62,793 bases of DNA from a virus (IMGVR_UViG_3300023096_000006:1-62793); one strand, 5' to 3'; positions 14,565 through 24,170 are shown, counted from the first letter of the stretch. Notes: generated from the sequence alone by a model not told the origin. Program-made: numbers and translations.

Positions 14565-15539
14565 CTACCACAGAACTACCAAAGCTTCAAGAGCCCCGTC
14601 TGGAACTCCGTACGTCGTGTACCCGTCCACTGTCGCCAGGTACTGACGGATTCTCAGCCTCCGCTTCTTGTCGTAGTGCTTAGCCACGGGGAGCATGTCA
14701 GGAACAAGAAACCCCTTGTTGCCCGCTGCTCGTGCAATCTCGCCGGAAGTCTTGTGCTGGATGAGCAAGTCATGCACCAGGCCAGCCAGTTCTAGGCGTG
14801 CATCAACCAGGCCCAGAGTTTTACTGTACTCCTCGCGAGGAAGCTCCTTGAGAGCGTCCATAGCGGTCTTGCGGTCCAGAGCAAAAAGTGCACCCAGGAA
14901 AGTATCATCAGGTTTAGCCTCGAACATTTCGTTTACAACTCGGAGAGTAACTTCACCTGGAAAGACAGAGAGCTTGCCTAGTGTATCTCTCACAAGTCGA
15001 AGGTCCCCCGTGGCTTGGTTCAAGACGTACTCAGCTACACGGCCTCGGATGTCTGCCTTCTCTTTGACCCAGGAGACAGCGTGCTTGGCGGTGGCTGCGG
15101 TGAAAGGCCTGCACTCGATAAGAGCCCCACGCGTCTTCAGATACTCCAGAGGTGCCCAAAGGTCACGGGTGGTGTCATCCTTCTTTCGAAGAGCCTCCTC
15201 ATGAGACACAAAGATGACGTAGTTGCGAGGTAGTACGCCTCGGTCCTTGATGTACTGGATGAAGTCCTCGTCACCAGAAATCTTCTCTGCGTTGGCCACC
15301 AGCGTCACTCTGGTTGCGTTCGTGCCGAAAGGAAGCTGGCGAAGCTCGTTCCAGATGAGGCGTTCTGACATTTCAGAAGCATCCAAGTAGACCATGTTGA
15401 TGGGGTCTGGGGAAAGAGTGCTTTTGATGAGGTCTACAACCTCGTCTACCAACACAGGCTCAGAGCCGCACACCCAGGTAATCTGACGGGGCGTCTGGTT
15501 TTTCTTGAAAGAGAGCCACCACCCACTGAAGGTACTCAC
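14565..15539 (-). CDS. DNA polymerase III delta (HolA)-like clamp-loader subunit
   Basis: W.CGSE..LVD start, QLPFG..RV.LV..AE, GDLR....LGKL pattern; 324 aa. Confidence 0.75.
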   Translation of the reverse strand: MSTFSGWWLSFKKNQTPRQITWVCGSEPVLVDEVVDLIKSTLSPDPINMVYLDASEMSERLIWNELRQLPFGTNATRVTLVANAEKISGDEDFIQYIKDRGVLPRNYVIFVSHEEALRKKDDTTRDLWAPLEYLKTRGALIECRPFTAATAKHAVSWVKEKADIRGRVAEYVLNQATGDLRLVRDTLGKLSVFPGEVTLRVVNEMFEAKPDDTFLGALFALDRKTAMDALKELPREEYSKTLGLVDARLELAGLVHDLLIQHKTSGEIARAAGNKGFLVPDMLPVAKHYDKKRRLRIRQYLATVDGYTTYGVPDGALEALVVLW

Positions 15540-15628
15540 CAGCCTACTTTCTTGATGACGATAACCATAACCACAGCGATGACAACGACCGCCGCTGCTG
15601 CGCCTACCAACAATGCCCAGCCGCCCAT
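15536..15628 (-). CDS. 30-aa membrane peptide
   Basis: MGGWALLVGAAAVVVIAVVMVIVIKKVGW with AGGAG RBS; fills the gap between neighbours. Confidence 0.5.
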   Translation of the reverse strand: MGGWALLVGAAAAVVVIAVVMVIVIKKVGW

Positions 15629-15629
15629 G

Positions 15630-15863
15630 TCAACTCCTAGCCCTGGGAAGGTCCATGGCGCATAGCGAGCACGCAACTCCAGGGATAGTCACCATAGGAT
15701 TGTCGGCACGACGAATCTTAGCTACCCGGTCACCCTTGCGGAACCTATGCATGTCGAAGGTGTTGCAGTACCCCGCGTACTGTGAAGGGAACAGCGCCAC
15801 AATCTCATACTCGTGGTCAGGAATGATGTCAGAATCGTCCATGTCTTCTCTATACGTTTCCAT
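15630..15863 (-). CDS. Small Zn-ribbon-like protein
   Basis: G.C...H...GD...CSLC; AGGAG RBS. Confidence 0.55.
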   Translation of the reverse strand: METYREDMDDSDIIPDHEYEIVALFPSQYAGYCNTFDMHRFRKGDRVAKIRRADNPMVTIPGVACSLCAMDLPRARS

Positions 15864-15865
15864 GT

Positions 15866-16657
15866 CTACTCCTGCAAAACGGTCGCGAGTGCTGCCCTCA
15901 CCACCAGGCGGGGCCGCAGTTCTTCTCTCACAGCCATGAGGATTCTCAGCGGAATCTTCGTGCCCGTGATGTTGGACTCTTCGGGAATGAAGTAGGTCCA
16001 CTTCTTGGTCAACGCTTCGTAGCACCAACGGATAAGAAGGTCCGTGTGGTCCTGCTGCCAGCGAGAGGCCAAGGACTCCAGGTCGGACAAGTCCTTCCTG
16101 TGGAGAGCGTCAAGCGCCTTCAGTACAACTACCTTACTCTCCTGAGCTTGACCGTAGGCCAGTGCGGGTCTGATTTGACCTCCCGACACTTTGGCAAGGT
16201 CTGCTGCGCGCTCGTCAGAAAAGTTCTTCCTGTTCGTCAGTACTTGCGCAACTTCTTGTTCTGAGAGAAGTCCGAACGTAAACACCTCAGCACGGGACCG
16301 AATAGTCGCCAAAGGCTCTTCCTCCGTGATGAGGATGAAGCGAGCCGTAGAAGAGTCCTCCAGCGTCTTCAGAAGGGTGTTCTGAGCGCCTTTCGTGGCC
16401 TTCTGGTCCAGCCGTACGATAACGAGCCTTGCGAAGCCCTGAGGGCGTTCTGACGCGAACTTGGTGACGAAGCGTGCGTTCTCCTGAGTCAGCCGCTTAA
16501 TCCTCAGTACGTCGCCTCCCTTGAACTTCCAGTGCGCGCGCAAGTACTCAGCAAGCTCCCACTTGCCGACTGAAGACGGGCCAATAAAGAGAGAAACGGC
16601 GGGCAGACTCTTAGTGAGCGCCCGCACGTTTCTCTCATGCCCGAAGTAGGGCGTCAC
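15866..16657 (-). CDS. DNA polymerase III delta-prime/gamma (HolB/DnaX)-like clamp-loader subunit
   Basis: LFIGPSSVGK, AQNTLLKTLED and LATIRSR motifs. Confidence 0.85.
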   Translation of the reverse strand: MTPYFGHERNVRALTKSLPAVSLFIGPSSVGKWELAEYLRAHWKFKGGDVLRIKRLTQENARFVTKFASERPQGFARLVIVRLDQKATKGAQNTLLKTLEDSSTARFILITEEEPLATIRSRAEVFTFGLLSEQEVAQVLTNRKNFSDERAADLAKVSGGQIRPALAYGQAQESKVVVLKALDALHRKDLSDLESLASRWQQDHTDLLIRWCYEALTKKWTYFIPEESNITGTKIPLRILMAVREELRPRLVVRAALATVLQE

Positions 16658-17232
16658 ATGCACTGCTCGAAAACCTCCCGGAGCTTCTTCCTCCAGTTGT
16701 AGATGGAAGACCGGGTGACCCCGAACAGAACGGTCAACTCTTCCACATCCACCTGACCGTGCTCTTCCATCTGGAGAAGCACCATTTCGTAGAAGAGGCA
16801 CATCTTCTTGTTGCCCTCAGCCTCCAGAGCTTTGCGCACCTTTGTGACAAGCTCACTGACCTCTACCTCCTCGGTCGAGTCCTCAATGACCTTGCCCAGG
16901 TAGTCCATGAGCGGCACGTCCTGGTGCTCTCCGACACGCATGTCAGTGGACATACGGGAGCGGTAGGCATTGATAGCGTCCCGCTCAGAGAAGTGACGCA
17001 GGTAAGCGTTCACGAAGTTGGAGAGGAAGGTCTTGAAGTTAGCACCCGACTCGTGGTTGGGGTCGTAGTCAGTCAGCACACCCTTTTCGATGAACTTTGC
17101 CATGAGGGTCATGGCATAGTCCTCTACGTTCTCAGAACGAATGTGTGCCCGCTGCACCAGGAACTTGACATGAGGGTAGTACGTGGCGAAGACTTCAGCG
17201 TTCGATACAGGAACAGCAACGGTAGTGCTCAA
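16654..17232 (-). CDS. Sigma-70 family (ECF-size) sigma factor
   Basis: Region 2-like ED...FIEK...YDP...FKTFL; C-terminal HTH; TTG start after GGAG (start uncertain). Confidence 0.65.
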   Translation of the reverse strand: MSTTVAVPVSNAEVFATYYPHVKFLVQRAHIRSENVEDYAMTLMAKFIEKGVLTDYDPNHESGANFKTFLSNFVNAYLRHFSERDAINAYRSRMSTDMRVGEHQDVPLMDYLGKVIEDSTEEVEVSELVTKVRKALEAEGNKKMCLFYEMVLLQMEEHGQVDVEELTVLFGVTRSSIYNWRKKLREVFEQCM

Positions 17233-17272
17233 TGTGACTCCAGTGTTGGTGGCGACGGTGGTGTTGTTGGTT

Positions 17273-17752
17273 TCAGGCCTTAGCGGACTTAACCATACCA
17301 GCGTTCTTGTTGGCCCAGGGCACAAGCGTGGCAGTTCCAGGCCAGATGCTGTTGATGTGTTCCACCACAGCCGGGTCGTCCTCAAACAGGTGCACCGACT
17401 CGAACTCTCCACCCTCCAGAGCGTTCTTGATGACACCCGCCTTGTACTTGGCCAGGATGTCCCGGTCAGCAAAGCCACGCATTGTGATGCGCTCAGGATT
17501 CGGGAATCCGTTCTTGCTCAGCCACTTCTTGGAAGCCTCGTAAAGGTCAACGCGGCGTCCGGTGAGGTACTGAATCTCGTGCTGGTCATCATTGAAAATG
17601 GCAACCGCGATACGACCATCAGCAATCACTGAATCATCACTCAAGCGCCAGAAATACCCTGCCCAGTTACCCTCCAGGGCGTACTTAACGCGCCAAGAGT
17701 CGTCGGCCAGAACGCCGTCCAGGTCGAAAAGAATGAGGGCCTTACCTGTCAT
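17273..17752 (-). CDS. HAD-family phosphatase (PNK phosphatase-like)
   Basis: FDLDGVLAD, LTGR, K and FEDD motifs. Confidence 0.85.
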   Translation of the reverse strand: MTGKALILFDLDGVLADDSWRVKYALEGNWAGYFWRLSDDSVIADGRIAVAIFNDDQHEIQYLTGRRVDLYEASKKWLSKNGFPNPERITMRGFADRDILAKYKAGVIKNALEGGEFESVHLFEDDPAVVEHINSIWPGTATLVPWANKNAGMVKSAKA

Positions 17753-17780
17753 GATGTCTCCTTTGTTGGTGGTGACTTCA

Positions 17781-17810
17781 AGTTTAGGTAAGGCCCTCAC
17801 GGGTTGTCAA
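17781..17810 (-). promoter_or_regulatory. SigA-like promoter
   Basis: TTGACA-18-TAAACT. Confidence 0.65.
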
Positions 17811-17813
17811 GCT

Positions 17814-18206
17814 CTAGAACACACGTCCTGTAAATCTCGCCTGCAAGTTGGGACGCACTACGCTGGCAATCCACATCTGTGCACGGTACGAACTGGCCAG
17901 GAACTCCAAGCTCACCGTGTTCTGCTGAAACTGCCCCTGGTCCACGTAGGAATTGGACCACCGCATGTCGATACCACGAGGTGCCAACTCTTGAAGAATC
18001 AGCCACAGGATGGCTGCGGCGTGAAGGTCGAAGATGGTCTGCCCATCGTTTCCGACATAGTGGTGGTCGGCTTCCAAGTCGTAAGAAGATTCTCCGACCC
18101 GCTTCATGGTGATGGGATACTGACCAAGCTGCGTATTGAGCCAGTTCGTCAGTCCATCCTGGTCAGGGTGCGGGCTCGCCAGAAGGATGTTGGTGGTAAT
18201 CAGCAT
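17814..18206 (-). CDS. Hypothetical protein
   Basis: TGATG coupling with the upstream gene; GGAGG RBS. Confidence 0.65.
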   Translation of the reverse strand: MLITTNILLASPHPDQDGLTNWLNTQLGQYPITMKRVGESSYDLEADHHYVGNDGQTIFDLHAAAILWLILQELAPRGIDMRWSNSYVDQGQFQQNTVSLEFLASSYRAQMWIASVVRPNLQARFTGRVF

Positions 18207-18475
18207 CAGTTGAACACCTCCACGTAGCCCACCAGCTTGCCCTCAATCGTGTAGTCGGGAATCGTCTCGGCTGTCGCCTTCAAAGGAATATCCAGACGAC
18301 CGTAGACGCCTGTGATACCAAAGACAATGATGTGGATGTGACCCTCACCGGGACGGGGGAGAGGTGACGTGTCATCTTCTGCGATGGTGTCACGGGTAGC
18401 AAGCACCTGAGCAGGCTGCGGGCGACCCTCGGTTGAAACGTACTGTGCGGCCATACCGACCTTGACATCAGTCAT
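18206..18475 (-). CDS. Hypothetical protein
   Basis: GAAAGGA RBS; own promoter. Confidence 0.7.
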   Translation of the reverse strand: MTDVKVGMAAQYVSTEGRPQPAQVLATRDTIAEDDTSPLPRPGEGHIHIIVFGITGVYGRLDIPLKATAETIPDYTIEGKLVGYVEVFN

Positions 18476-18507
18476 GTTCTTTTCCTTTCAGGCTGGTGTG
18501 CTACAAC

Positions 18508-18536
18508 ACTATACGCCTGGTTGGTCATCCTGTCCA
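18508..18536 (-). promoter_or_regulatory. SigA-like promoter
   Basis: TGGACA-17-(GCG)TATAGT. Confidence 0.65.
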
Positions 18537-18724
18537 GCCATGTCGCCAACTTCCCACACGTTGACCACGAACGTGGTACCGATACGGGACAAACTCTTGA
18601 ACTTACCCTGGACAGCAAGACGGTGAACATACTGACGAGAGACTTTCATGCGCTCAGCCGCCTGCGGCAAAGTGCACCAACCCCAGACCTCGGGAACAGC
18701 TTCCAGATTCAGGCCGTTAGGCAT
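18509..18724 (-). CDS. HTH DNA-binding protein (excisionase-like)
   Basis: TLPQAAERMKVSRQYVHRLAVQGKF...RIG. Confidence 0.8.
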   Translation of the reverse strand: MPNGLNLEAVPEVWGWCTLPQAAERMKVSRQYVHRLAVQGKFKSLSRIGTTFVVNVWEVGDMAGQDDQPGV

Positions 18725-19277
18725 TGAGCACCCTCTCCATAACTTGTTTCGTAGCCGTGCGCCACTTCTCTACATCTGCCACAGTAGCGATGCTCTGAAG
18801 AAGATTCAAGCAGGCTGAGAACTTGGCAGACACTTCAGGTTCAAACTGCCGCTCTTCCCAACGAGGTTCGATGCGCGCGCAGTACATCTTTAGCGCTTCG
18901 GCAAGCTCTGCGGTGTTGAGAACAAAAGTAGGTGAGGCTGTAAGAGCCTTCCAGCGGTCTTCTACGTTCTCCGTTGTGATGCCGAAGTGCTCCAAGAGAG
19001 CTAGAGCCGCGTCCTGGTATCCCACGTCCGCGTGGTCCATGTAAAGCGTCACAGGGTTCCATGTCTTGGAGCACGCGAAGCAGTGTGCTGTGTTGGATGC
19101 AGAGTATGCACGGAAGGCTTTACTAGCGCCACCGTCACTGTGAGTGAACTCTCCAAAGGGGCAGTACATCTTTGGACTGTCCATGTAATCCAGGTCTGGC
19201 ATAGACATACCCAAGAGGCGACAGACAGCGGCAATGCTGATTTCCTCATTGGCAATCTGTCCTGGAGAGCGTGTCAT
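18717..19277 (-). CDS. DNA primase zinc-binding-domain protein
   Basis: CPF...H.D...AF.....HCFAC (CHC2-like); no TOPRIM domain. Confidence 0.7.
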   Translation of the reverse strand: MTRSPGQIANEEISIAAVCRLLGMSMPDLDYMDSPKMYCPFGEFTHSDGGASKAFRAYSASNTAHCFACSKTWNPVTLYMDHADVGYQDAALALLEHFGITTENVEDRWKALTASPTFVLNTAELAEALKMYCARIEPRWEERQFEPEVSAKFSACLNLLQSIATVADVEKWRTATKQVMERVLNA

Positions 19278-19693
19278 TTTAGCTTCCTGAACCACCCGTA
19301 GGTTGGCTTGGTATTTTCTTCTTTTGTCTTCTGTACGCCTGGAATACGAACGAAGCTAGCGCCTCGGCGTAGGGTCCACACGAAGTGACCTAGCTCAATG
19401 ACACCAGCGAAGTACAGAGCCCACAGGAGTACGAAGAGTCGAAGCCGACTCATTTCCACGTCGATGTACAGGTGAGAGTGGCCCGATGTCGTGGACTGCT
19501 CGAAGTGGTGCGGAAAGTCTAGGTCGATGATGGGCATGTGAGTGCCCTCATCCGTCAGTGACGAAATCAGATTAGCCTCGTCACCCTTAGTCAGCACACG
19601 GTCATTTTCCTGTCTATACTCCCACAGGCTCTTGACTAGTGGCTCGTCCTTGATGGTTAGGCTTGAGGCGTACCAGCGCGTTCGCTCTGCCAT
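19274..19693 (-). CDS. Hypothetical protein
   Basis: H.P.IDLD...STTSGHSHLYID motif. Confidence 0.65.
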   Translation of the reverse strand: MAERTRWYASSLTIKDEPLVKSLWEYRQENDRVLTKGDEANLISSLTDEGTHMPIIDLDFPHHFEQSTTSGHSHLYIDVEMSRLRLFVLLWALYFAGVIELGHFVWTLRRGASFVRIPGVQKTKEENTKPTYGWFRKLK

Positions 19694-19890
19694 GCTTTAC
19701 TCATTTCCTTGAAGTCTAGGACAGAGAACTTGAAGCTCTTGTCACAGCGACTGCAATCAAACTCTACTGTGGAGTCTTGCAATATCATCCGGTATCGGTG
19801 CCCCACAGTGTGACAAACCAGCCACGTCACAGGAATCCATACGCCAAAGAAGAAGATAGTACCAAGCGTGTCGTGTACCCAGAACTTCAT
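19657..19890 (-). CDS. Hypothetical membrane/Zn protein
   Basis: TM helix, C...GH and CSRC. Confidence 0.5.
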   Translation of the reverse strand: MKFWVHDTLGTIFFFGVWIPVTWLVCHTVGHRYRMILQDSTVEFDCSRCDKSFKFSVLDFKEMSKAWQSERAGTPQA

Positions 19891-20030
19891 TTCTTCCTAA
19901 AGACGTAGAGGATGAGACGAACAACGCCCCGAAGGAGCAAAAAGCATCCCATCAAGAATGTACCGGGTTCGAAGGAGCCATAGTCCCTCTCGTGAACCCA
20001 GTAATCTCCTCTGTTGTCAGGATTGCTCAT
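19887..20030 (-). CDS. 47-aa putative membrane protein
   Basis: Hand translation MSNPDNRG...VVRLILYVFRKK; ATGA overlap with the next gene. Confidence 0.45.
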   Translation of the reverse strand: MSNPDNRGDYWVHERDYGSFEPGTFLMGCFLLLRGVVRLILYVFRKK

Positions 20031-20144
20031 CTTTTACCTTCACATGAGATACAACACACTTCCAGGAGTCTTCCCAAGAATCATAGGAATCACTAGCATA
20101 GTAGCCTCCGAGCTTCATGAAGCGTCCGCATACAGGGCAGTTCA

Positions 20145-20624
20145 TCAGAACCTCTTTGCACAGACCGGACCCAGGCCGGTTTCCATCGACACCGGGTCAG
20201 TGAGAGGGGAGCCGCAGACAGCGCACACGGTGTACTCGCGGGAGAAGCGAACGGCTGCACCCTTGGCATCCTGAGCGATGAGGTTCAGGACAGCCTTACG
20301 GTTAGCCCCACGAACAGGCGTGTGCAGGAAGTCTCCGGGGTGACCAATGAGACGGTCCACGAACTGGAAGTTTGCCCACTTACCCTTACCGGTCTTTACA
20401 CGGTAGAAGTGAAGTCCAGCGGGCGTTTCGAGGGCGTAGTGCGAGTCCGGGACGAACTCAGATGCTCCGAGAGCCATTGGGCGGAAGTCAAGGGACTCCA
20501 CGTAATCACGTGCAAACCCGGAGACGGCTTCCTGGACAAGCGTGCCTCCGCTTGCCGCTGCGTAGCATCCTCGGATGTGCTCAATTGTCTGTCCTTCGGT
20601 CTTGCACTTTCCACAAGTAGGCAT
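20145..20624 (-). CDS. DUF6011-like Zn-finger protein
   Basis: CAVCGSPLTDPVSMETGLGPVC. Confidence 0.75.
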   Translation of the reverse strand: MPTCGKCKTEGQTIEHIRGCYAAASGGTLVQEAVSGFARDYVESLDFRPMALGASEFVPDSHYALETPAGLHFYRVKTGKGKWANFQFVDRLIGHPGDFLHTPVRGANRKAVLNLIAQDAKGAAVRFSREYTVCAVCGSPLTDPVSMETGLGPVCAKRF

Positions 20625-20652
20625 TCTGTACTCCTGAGGGTTGGTACTTCTA

Positions 20653-20681
20653 TTTGTACGCCCTCAGGAGACAGATGTCAA
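20653..20681 (-). promoter_or_regulatory. Promoter TTGACA-17-(GCG)TACAAA
   Basis: Intergenic, perfect -35 box. Confidence 0.55.
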
Positions 20682-20685
20682 CTAC

Positions 20686-21297
20686 TTAGCGAGAAGAAGT
20701 CTCGAAAGCTCCCGCACCAGTAAGACGTGAGGTCGTGACGTACTCGCCAGCGGAGCGCAAAGCAGATGCAACACCGGCAGCGGACGCCGTGTAGTTCAGC
20801 GTTCCGCCTGCGTTGATGCCGTAACCGCCACCCACAGCGAAAGCGTCGATGTTGGCACCCAGGAAGACGAACTCCCAGTCCCACTCATCCTGCTGCTTAG
20901 TAACCAGTTCCTTTACCTGCTCGGCGCTGAACTCACGAGAAGAATTCTCGTAGCCGTCAGTGATGACCAGAACAAGAACCTTGCCAGGGCGAGAATCCTC
21001 ATCCAGTGCCGCGAAGCGCTCACCCAGCTTGACGATGGTTTCTCCCAGTGCGTCATTGAGGGCAGTACCGCCGCGTGGAACGATGACAGGGAAAGTCACA
21101 TCAGAAACAGTGCCGTCAATGACAGGAGTTTCTACGGTCGTGTCGAAGGTAACAATGTCCACCTTCAGCTTTCCCGCAAGAGCATCCTGCTCCGTCAAGA
21201 ACGTTTCCAAACCACCATTCATGTCCTTGGCGATGTTAGCCATGGAGCCAGAACGGTCAGCTACTACGGCCAGGTGTGTATATGTTGCGTCAGTCAT
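20686..21297 (-). CDS. von Willebrand factor A domain protein
   Basis: DRSGSM MIDAS, GGTAL.DA and ITDG.EN.S. Confidence 0.9.
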   Translation of the reverse strand: MTDATYTHLAVVADRSGSMANIAKDMNGGLETFLTEQDALAGKLKVDIVTFDTTVETPVIDGTVSDVTFPVIVPRGGTALNDALGETIVKLGERFAALDEDSRPGKVLVLVITDGYENSSREFSAEQVKELVTKQQDEWDWEFVFLGANIDAFAVGGGYGINAGGTLNYTASAAGVASALRSAGEYVTTSRLTGAGAFETSSR

Positions 21298-21315
21298 GTT
21301 GTCCTCCAGGGACTA

Positions 21316-22014
21316 TTAGGGAGCCACACGTCCGTTGGAGTGCCAGGACTCCCAGGTGTGCGGCATAAGGGTTTTGAAGTCCTCTTCCATCTTCTGAGCC
21401 ACAAGCTGAATCTCATGCTGTGGTCGTGAGCGCACTGCGGACTCCTCGTGGTCAATGCGCAATGACAGGAAGTTCATAAGAGCACGTGCGTTCATAGTCA
21501 CGTACATCTGCGAGAAGATACCTACGGGCAGCACAGCGCGCGCTACCTCGTTAGCAATGCCCGCTTCCAACATGATTTCGTACTTCTCCCAGGCAAGCTC
21601 ATAGGTTTCCAGGAAGGACTCCACCATGAGGTCGTACTGGGACTCTGTTCCTGGTGCGAACTCGGGGCGGGCAGAAGAGCCCACGTTAACCAAAGGACGC
21701 TCCGCGTTAGGAACGTAGAACTCTGGCAATAGCTGAGTGTACCGACCGCTCATTTCGTTGTACGAAGCGATGCGGTGACGCTGGAACTCTCGGAAGACGA
21801 AGATGGGAGCCTTCACGAACCACGTCATCGTCGCATGTTCGAAAGGAGAACCGTGGCGAGCCGACAGGAGATAGTTGATGAGACGTGGTGTGTCCGTCTC
21901 GGGCTTATTCTCGCCCTTCACAGAAACCTGAGCGCTTCGGGTAACGGATAGGTCAGATGCCATAGAGTCAATCAGCTTGACTTCAACGTCATCTAGGTAG
22001 CTTAGCTCAGCCAT
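21316..22014 (-). CDS. thyX: Flavin-dependent thymidylate synthase
   Basis: HGSPFEH and RHRIASYNEMSGRY signature. Confidence 0.95.
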   Translation of the reverse strand: MAELSYLDDVEVKLIDSMASDLSVTRSAQVSVKGENKPETDTPRLINYLLSARHGSPFEHATMTWFVKAPIFVFREFQRHRIASYNEMSGRYTQLLPEFYVPNAERPLVNVGSSARPEFAPGTESQYDLMVESFLETYELAWEKYEIMLEAGIANEVARAVLPVGIFSQMYVTMNARALMNFLSLRIDHEESAVRSRPQHEIQLVAQKMEEDFKTLMPHTWESWHSNGRVAP

Positions 22015-22247
22015 ACGGGTACTCCTATGATTTCCAAAACGTTATAAACGACTGCGCTTACCCAGAGCATAATCCAGAAGATACCCAGGAAAAGTGAGGC
22101 GTAGGACGCTAGACGTGCAATCCTTCTTCTGCTATACGCCGGTTCCCGCCGAAAACCAACAAAGGCCAGGAAAATGCCCCAGGTGATGAATAGGCCGATG
22201 ATTGCCCAGACAAGTAGCTGGACAATATCTCGTGCTGAGTCTTCCAT
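22002..22247 (-). CDS. Membrane protein
   Basis: Two hydrophobic helices. Confidence 0.55.
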   Translation of the reverse strand: MEDSARDIVQLLVWAIIGLFITWGIFLAFVGFRREPAYSRRRIARLASYASLFLGIFWIMLWVSAVVYNVLEIIGVPVWLS

Positions 22248-22260
22248 AGGTGGGCACCCC

Positions 22261-23745
22261 TTAGTTGAGTAGAGAATCTAGTCCACCGCCGAGGCCAAAG
22301 CCTCCACTAACGGCGGAAGAGAACGTATCCAGTGTACCTCTGCCGGTGAAATAGCACGTGGCGTAGTCCACTGTCAGTTGAATACCATCTGCTGTCTCCC
22401 CGTCCCTGTGCTTCAAAACCTGTGCCGCCAGTGAGGCTGTGCGGTCAGTGTTTCCTTCGGGAGCGAGAATGGAGACAATGAGGTCGGGTGTGTTCGTGGC
22501 CTCTGCGGTTTCGGCCAATCCGTTAGAAGAATAACGTCCCAGGGAACTTGCGGATTCCCATGCCGCTCGGCTTACCTGCCAGGGACTGACAAACGCAACA
22601 CCGTTTCCCTTGTTGAAGGTTACGGCTGTCTGCTTAGCCCCCTTGATGACTCCTGCAAGGGACTCACGGTCGGTATTGCGTGCTCGGGTTCCCTGGAGAA
22701 GCTGAAGGTAGTCACACACTACAAGGTCGATGTGGAACTTCTTCTGAACGTCATACATGATGCGCTCAATGTCTTCAATTCTCGAATTCCGAGGAACCTG
22801 ATAGATGTACAACTCTCCGTAGGCTTGACCTCTGTCGGAGAAGTCATCAACTACAGTGGTGAGGAATTCTTCCTCGTGAGGGTTGAGCGTACCGGCTTTC
22901 AAGTCCTTGGAGTTCAGTCCCTCAGGAAGGCCAAACTCCGCGAACTTAGGGTGACGGGAGTGACGTGCTGTGAGGCGACGACGCACAACAGTGTTGACCG
23001 TCTCCGTAGAAAGAAACAGAACGTTCTTTCCCTGCTCTACGGCAGCGCTCCAGGCAAGCTGAACACACAGGGTGGTCTTACCGTCGTTCGTGTACGCGGC
23101 AGAGAGCGCCAAGTCTCCTGGCTGGATGCCTCCGACCTTTGCGTCTAGCTCGGGGATGCCGAACTGGATGCCTGAGCGGATACCCTGCTCAAAGGCTTGC
23201 TTGGTGTAAGCGTACTCGTTGAGGATGATGGAGCGCTCATCACGCATGTTTCCATGTGGACTGTCTTGGTGCTCTACGACAGAGCCAATCTCTGCCAGCC
23301 GCTCATCTAGGAACTCACGAGCATCAGCCTGACCTTGAAGAAGTACCCCTCCGGGCTGCTCCAGGCCCTTCTGAAGAATCTCCATCGTGTCCGTCAGAAC
23401 GGTCTTGACTTGAGCTTCCGCGAAATCTTCTTTTAGCTCGTGGACAGACCAGATGAAGTCGGAATCATCTACGTGAAGAAGTTTGAAATCCTCGTACGTC
23501 TCCTCGTAGAGTGCTCGTCTACCGGGGTCAGCAGTACTGCGATTGAGGAGGTCGGAGAGCGCCCCCGAAGTAAGGACGCCCCCCGTCTTCTGGAAGTAGA
23601 AGTCTAGGAACTGAAAGAGCTTTCCCTGAATGGAGTCAACGAAATGGTCAGTCGTAAGCTCCTTCAGGGCCTCCTCTAGGAGGTCCAGGCGCGCGGGGAT
23701 AATCCCGCCCAGGACAAACCGTCCGTGCTCTTTAGTCGTTGTCAT
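22261..23745 (-). CDS. dnaB: DnaB-like replicative helicase
   Basis: GGIQPGDL, Walker A variant AYTNDGKT, DYLQLL, Q.SR, K.RDG. Confidence 0.9.
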   Translation of the reverse strand: MTTTKEHGRFVLGGIIPARLDLLEEALKELTTDHFVDSIQGKLFQFLDFYFQKTGGVLTSGALSDLLNRSTADPGRRALYEETYEDFKLLHVDDSDFIWSVHELKEDFAEAQVKTVLTDTMEILQKGLEQPGGVLLQGQADAREFLDERLAEIGSVVEHQDSPHGNMRDERSIILNEYAYTKQAFEQGIRSGIQFGIPELDAKVGGIQPGDLALSAAYTNDGKTTLCVQLAWSAAVEQGKNVLFLSTETVNTVVRRRLTARHSRHPKFAEFGLPEGLNSKDLKAGTLNPHEEEFLTTVVDDFSDRGQAYGELYIYQVPRNSRIEDIERIMYDVQKKFHIDLVVCDYLQLLQGTRARNTDRESLAGVIKGAKQTAVTFNKGNGVAFVSPWQVSRAAWESASSLGRYSSNGLAETAEATNTPDLIVSILAPEGNTDRTASLAAQVLKHRDGETADGIQLTVDYATCYFTGRGTLDTFSSAVSGGFGLGGGLDSLLN

Positions 23746-23959
23746 AGAGCGTCAATCTCCCTGTAGCCCGAACCTGCTCGGACAATTGGTGCGCGTATCT
23801 CGCTACGAGTTCCCATAAGCGAGCTTCCATTTCCAGCCTGTAGGCACTGCCTTCTGGATAGGAATTGATGTACTCCAGCAGAAGGGCGATTTGCTCGTTC
23901 TCTGTCGATGCACTTACTTTGATGTTTAGGTAGTCGGACTCAAAGCCTAACGAAGGCAT
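23732..23959 (-). CDS. Hypothetical protein
   Basis: ORF in operon; start uncertain. Confidence 0.5.
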   Translation of the reverse strand: MPSLGFESDYLNIKVSASTENEQIALLLEYINSYPEGSAYRLEMEARLWELVARYAHQLSEQVRATGRLTLYDND

Positions 23960-24170
23960 AAACGGTGTCACCCTCGGAATAGTGGACGCCATTCCCGCTC
24001 TTGAAGCTCACAAAGATGCCCTCGGGATGGTCAGTAACCAGCGTTACAAGTCCTCTTCCTGCAACTGTGTCGCCTGCCAGAAGAGAGTAGACGGAGATTT
24101 CTCTCCAGTCTCTCTTCTCAGAGGTACCCAAGGATACAGAAGGACGCTGGAAAGGTGCTGGACGGCCCAT
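23940..24170 (-). CDS. Hypothetical protein
   Basis: TGATG coupling with the upstream gene. Confidence 0.55.
   Translation of the reverse strand: MGRPAPFQRPSVSLGTSEKRDWREISVYSLLAGDTVAGRGLVTLVTDHPEGIFVSFKSGNGVHYSEGDTVYAFVRL

Noticed and set aside
18509-18724. Excisionase implying a temperate lifestyle
   Set aside because: No integrase or repressor in the window; generic HTH only
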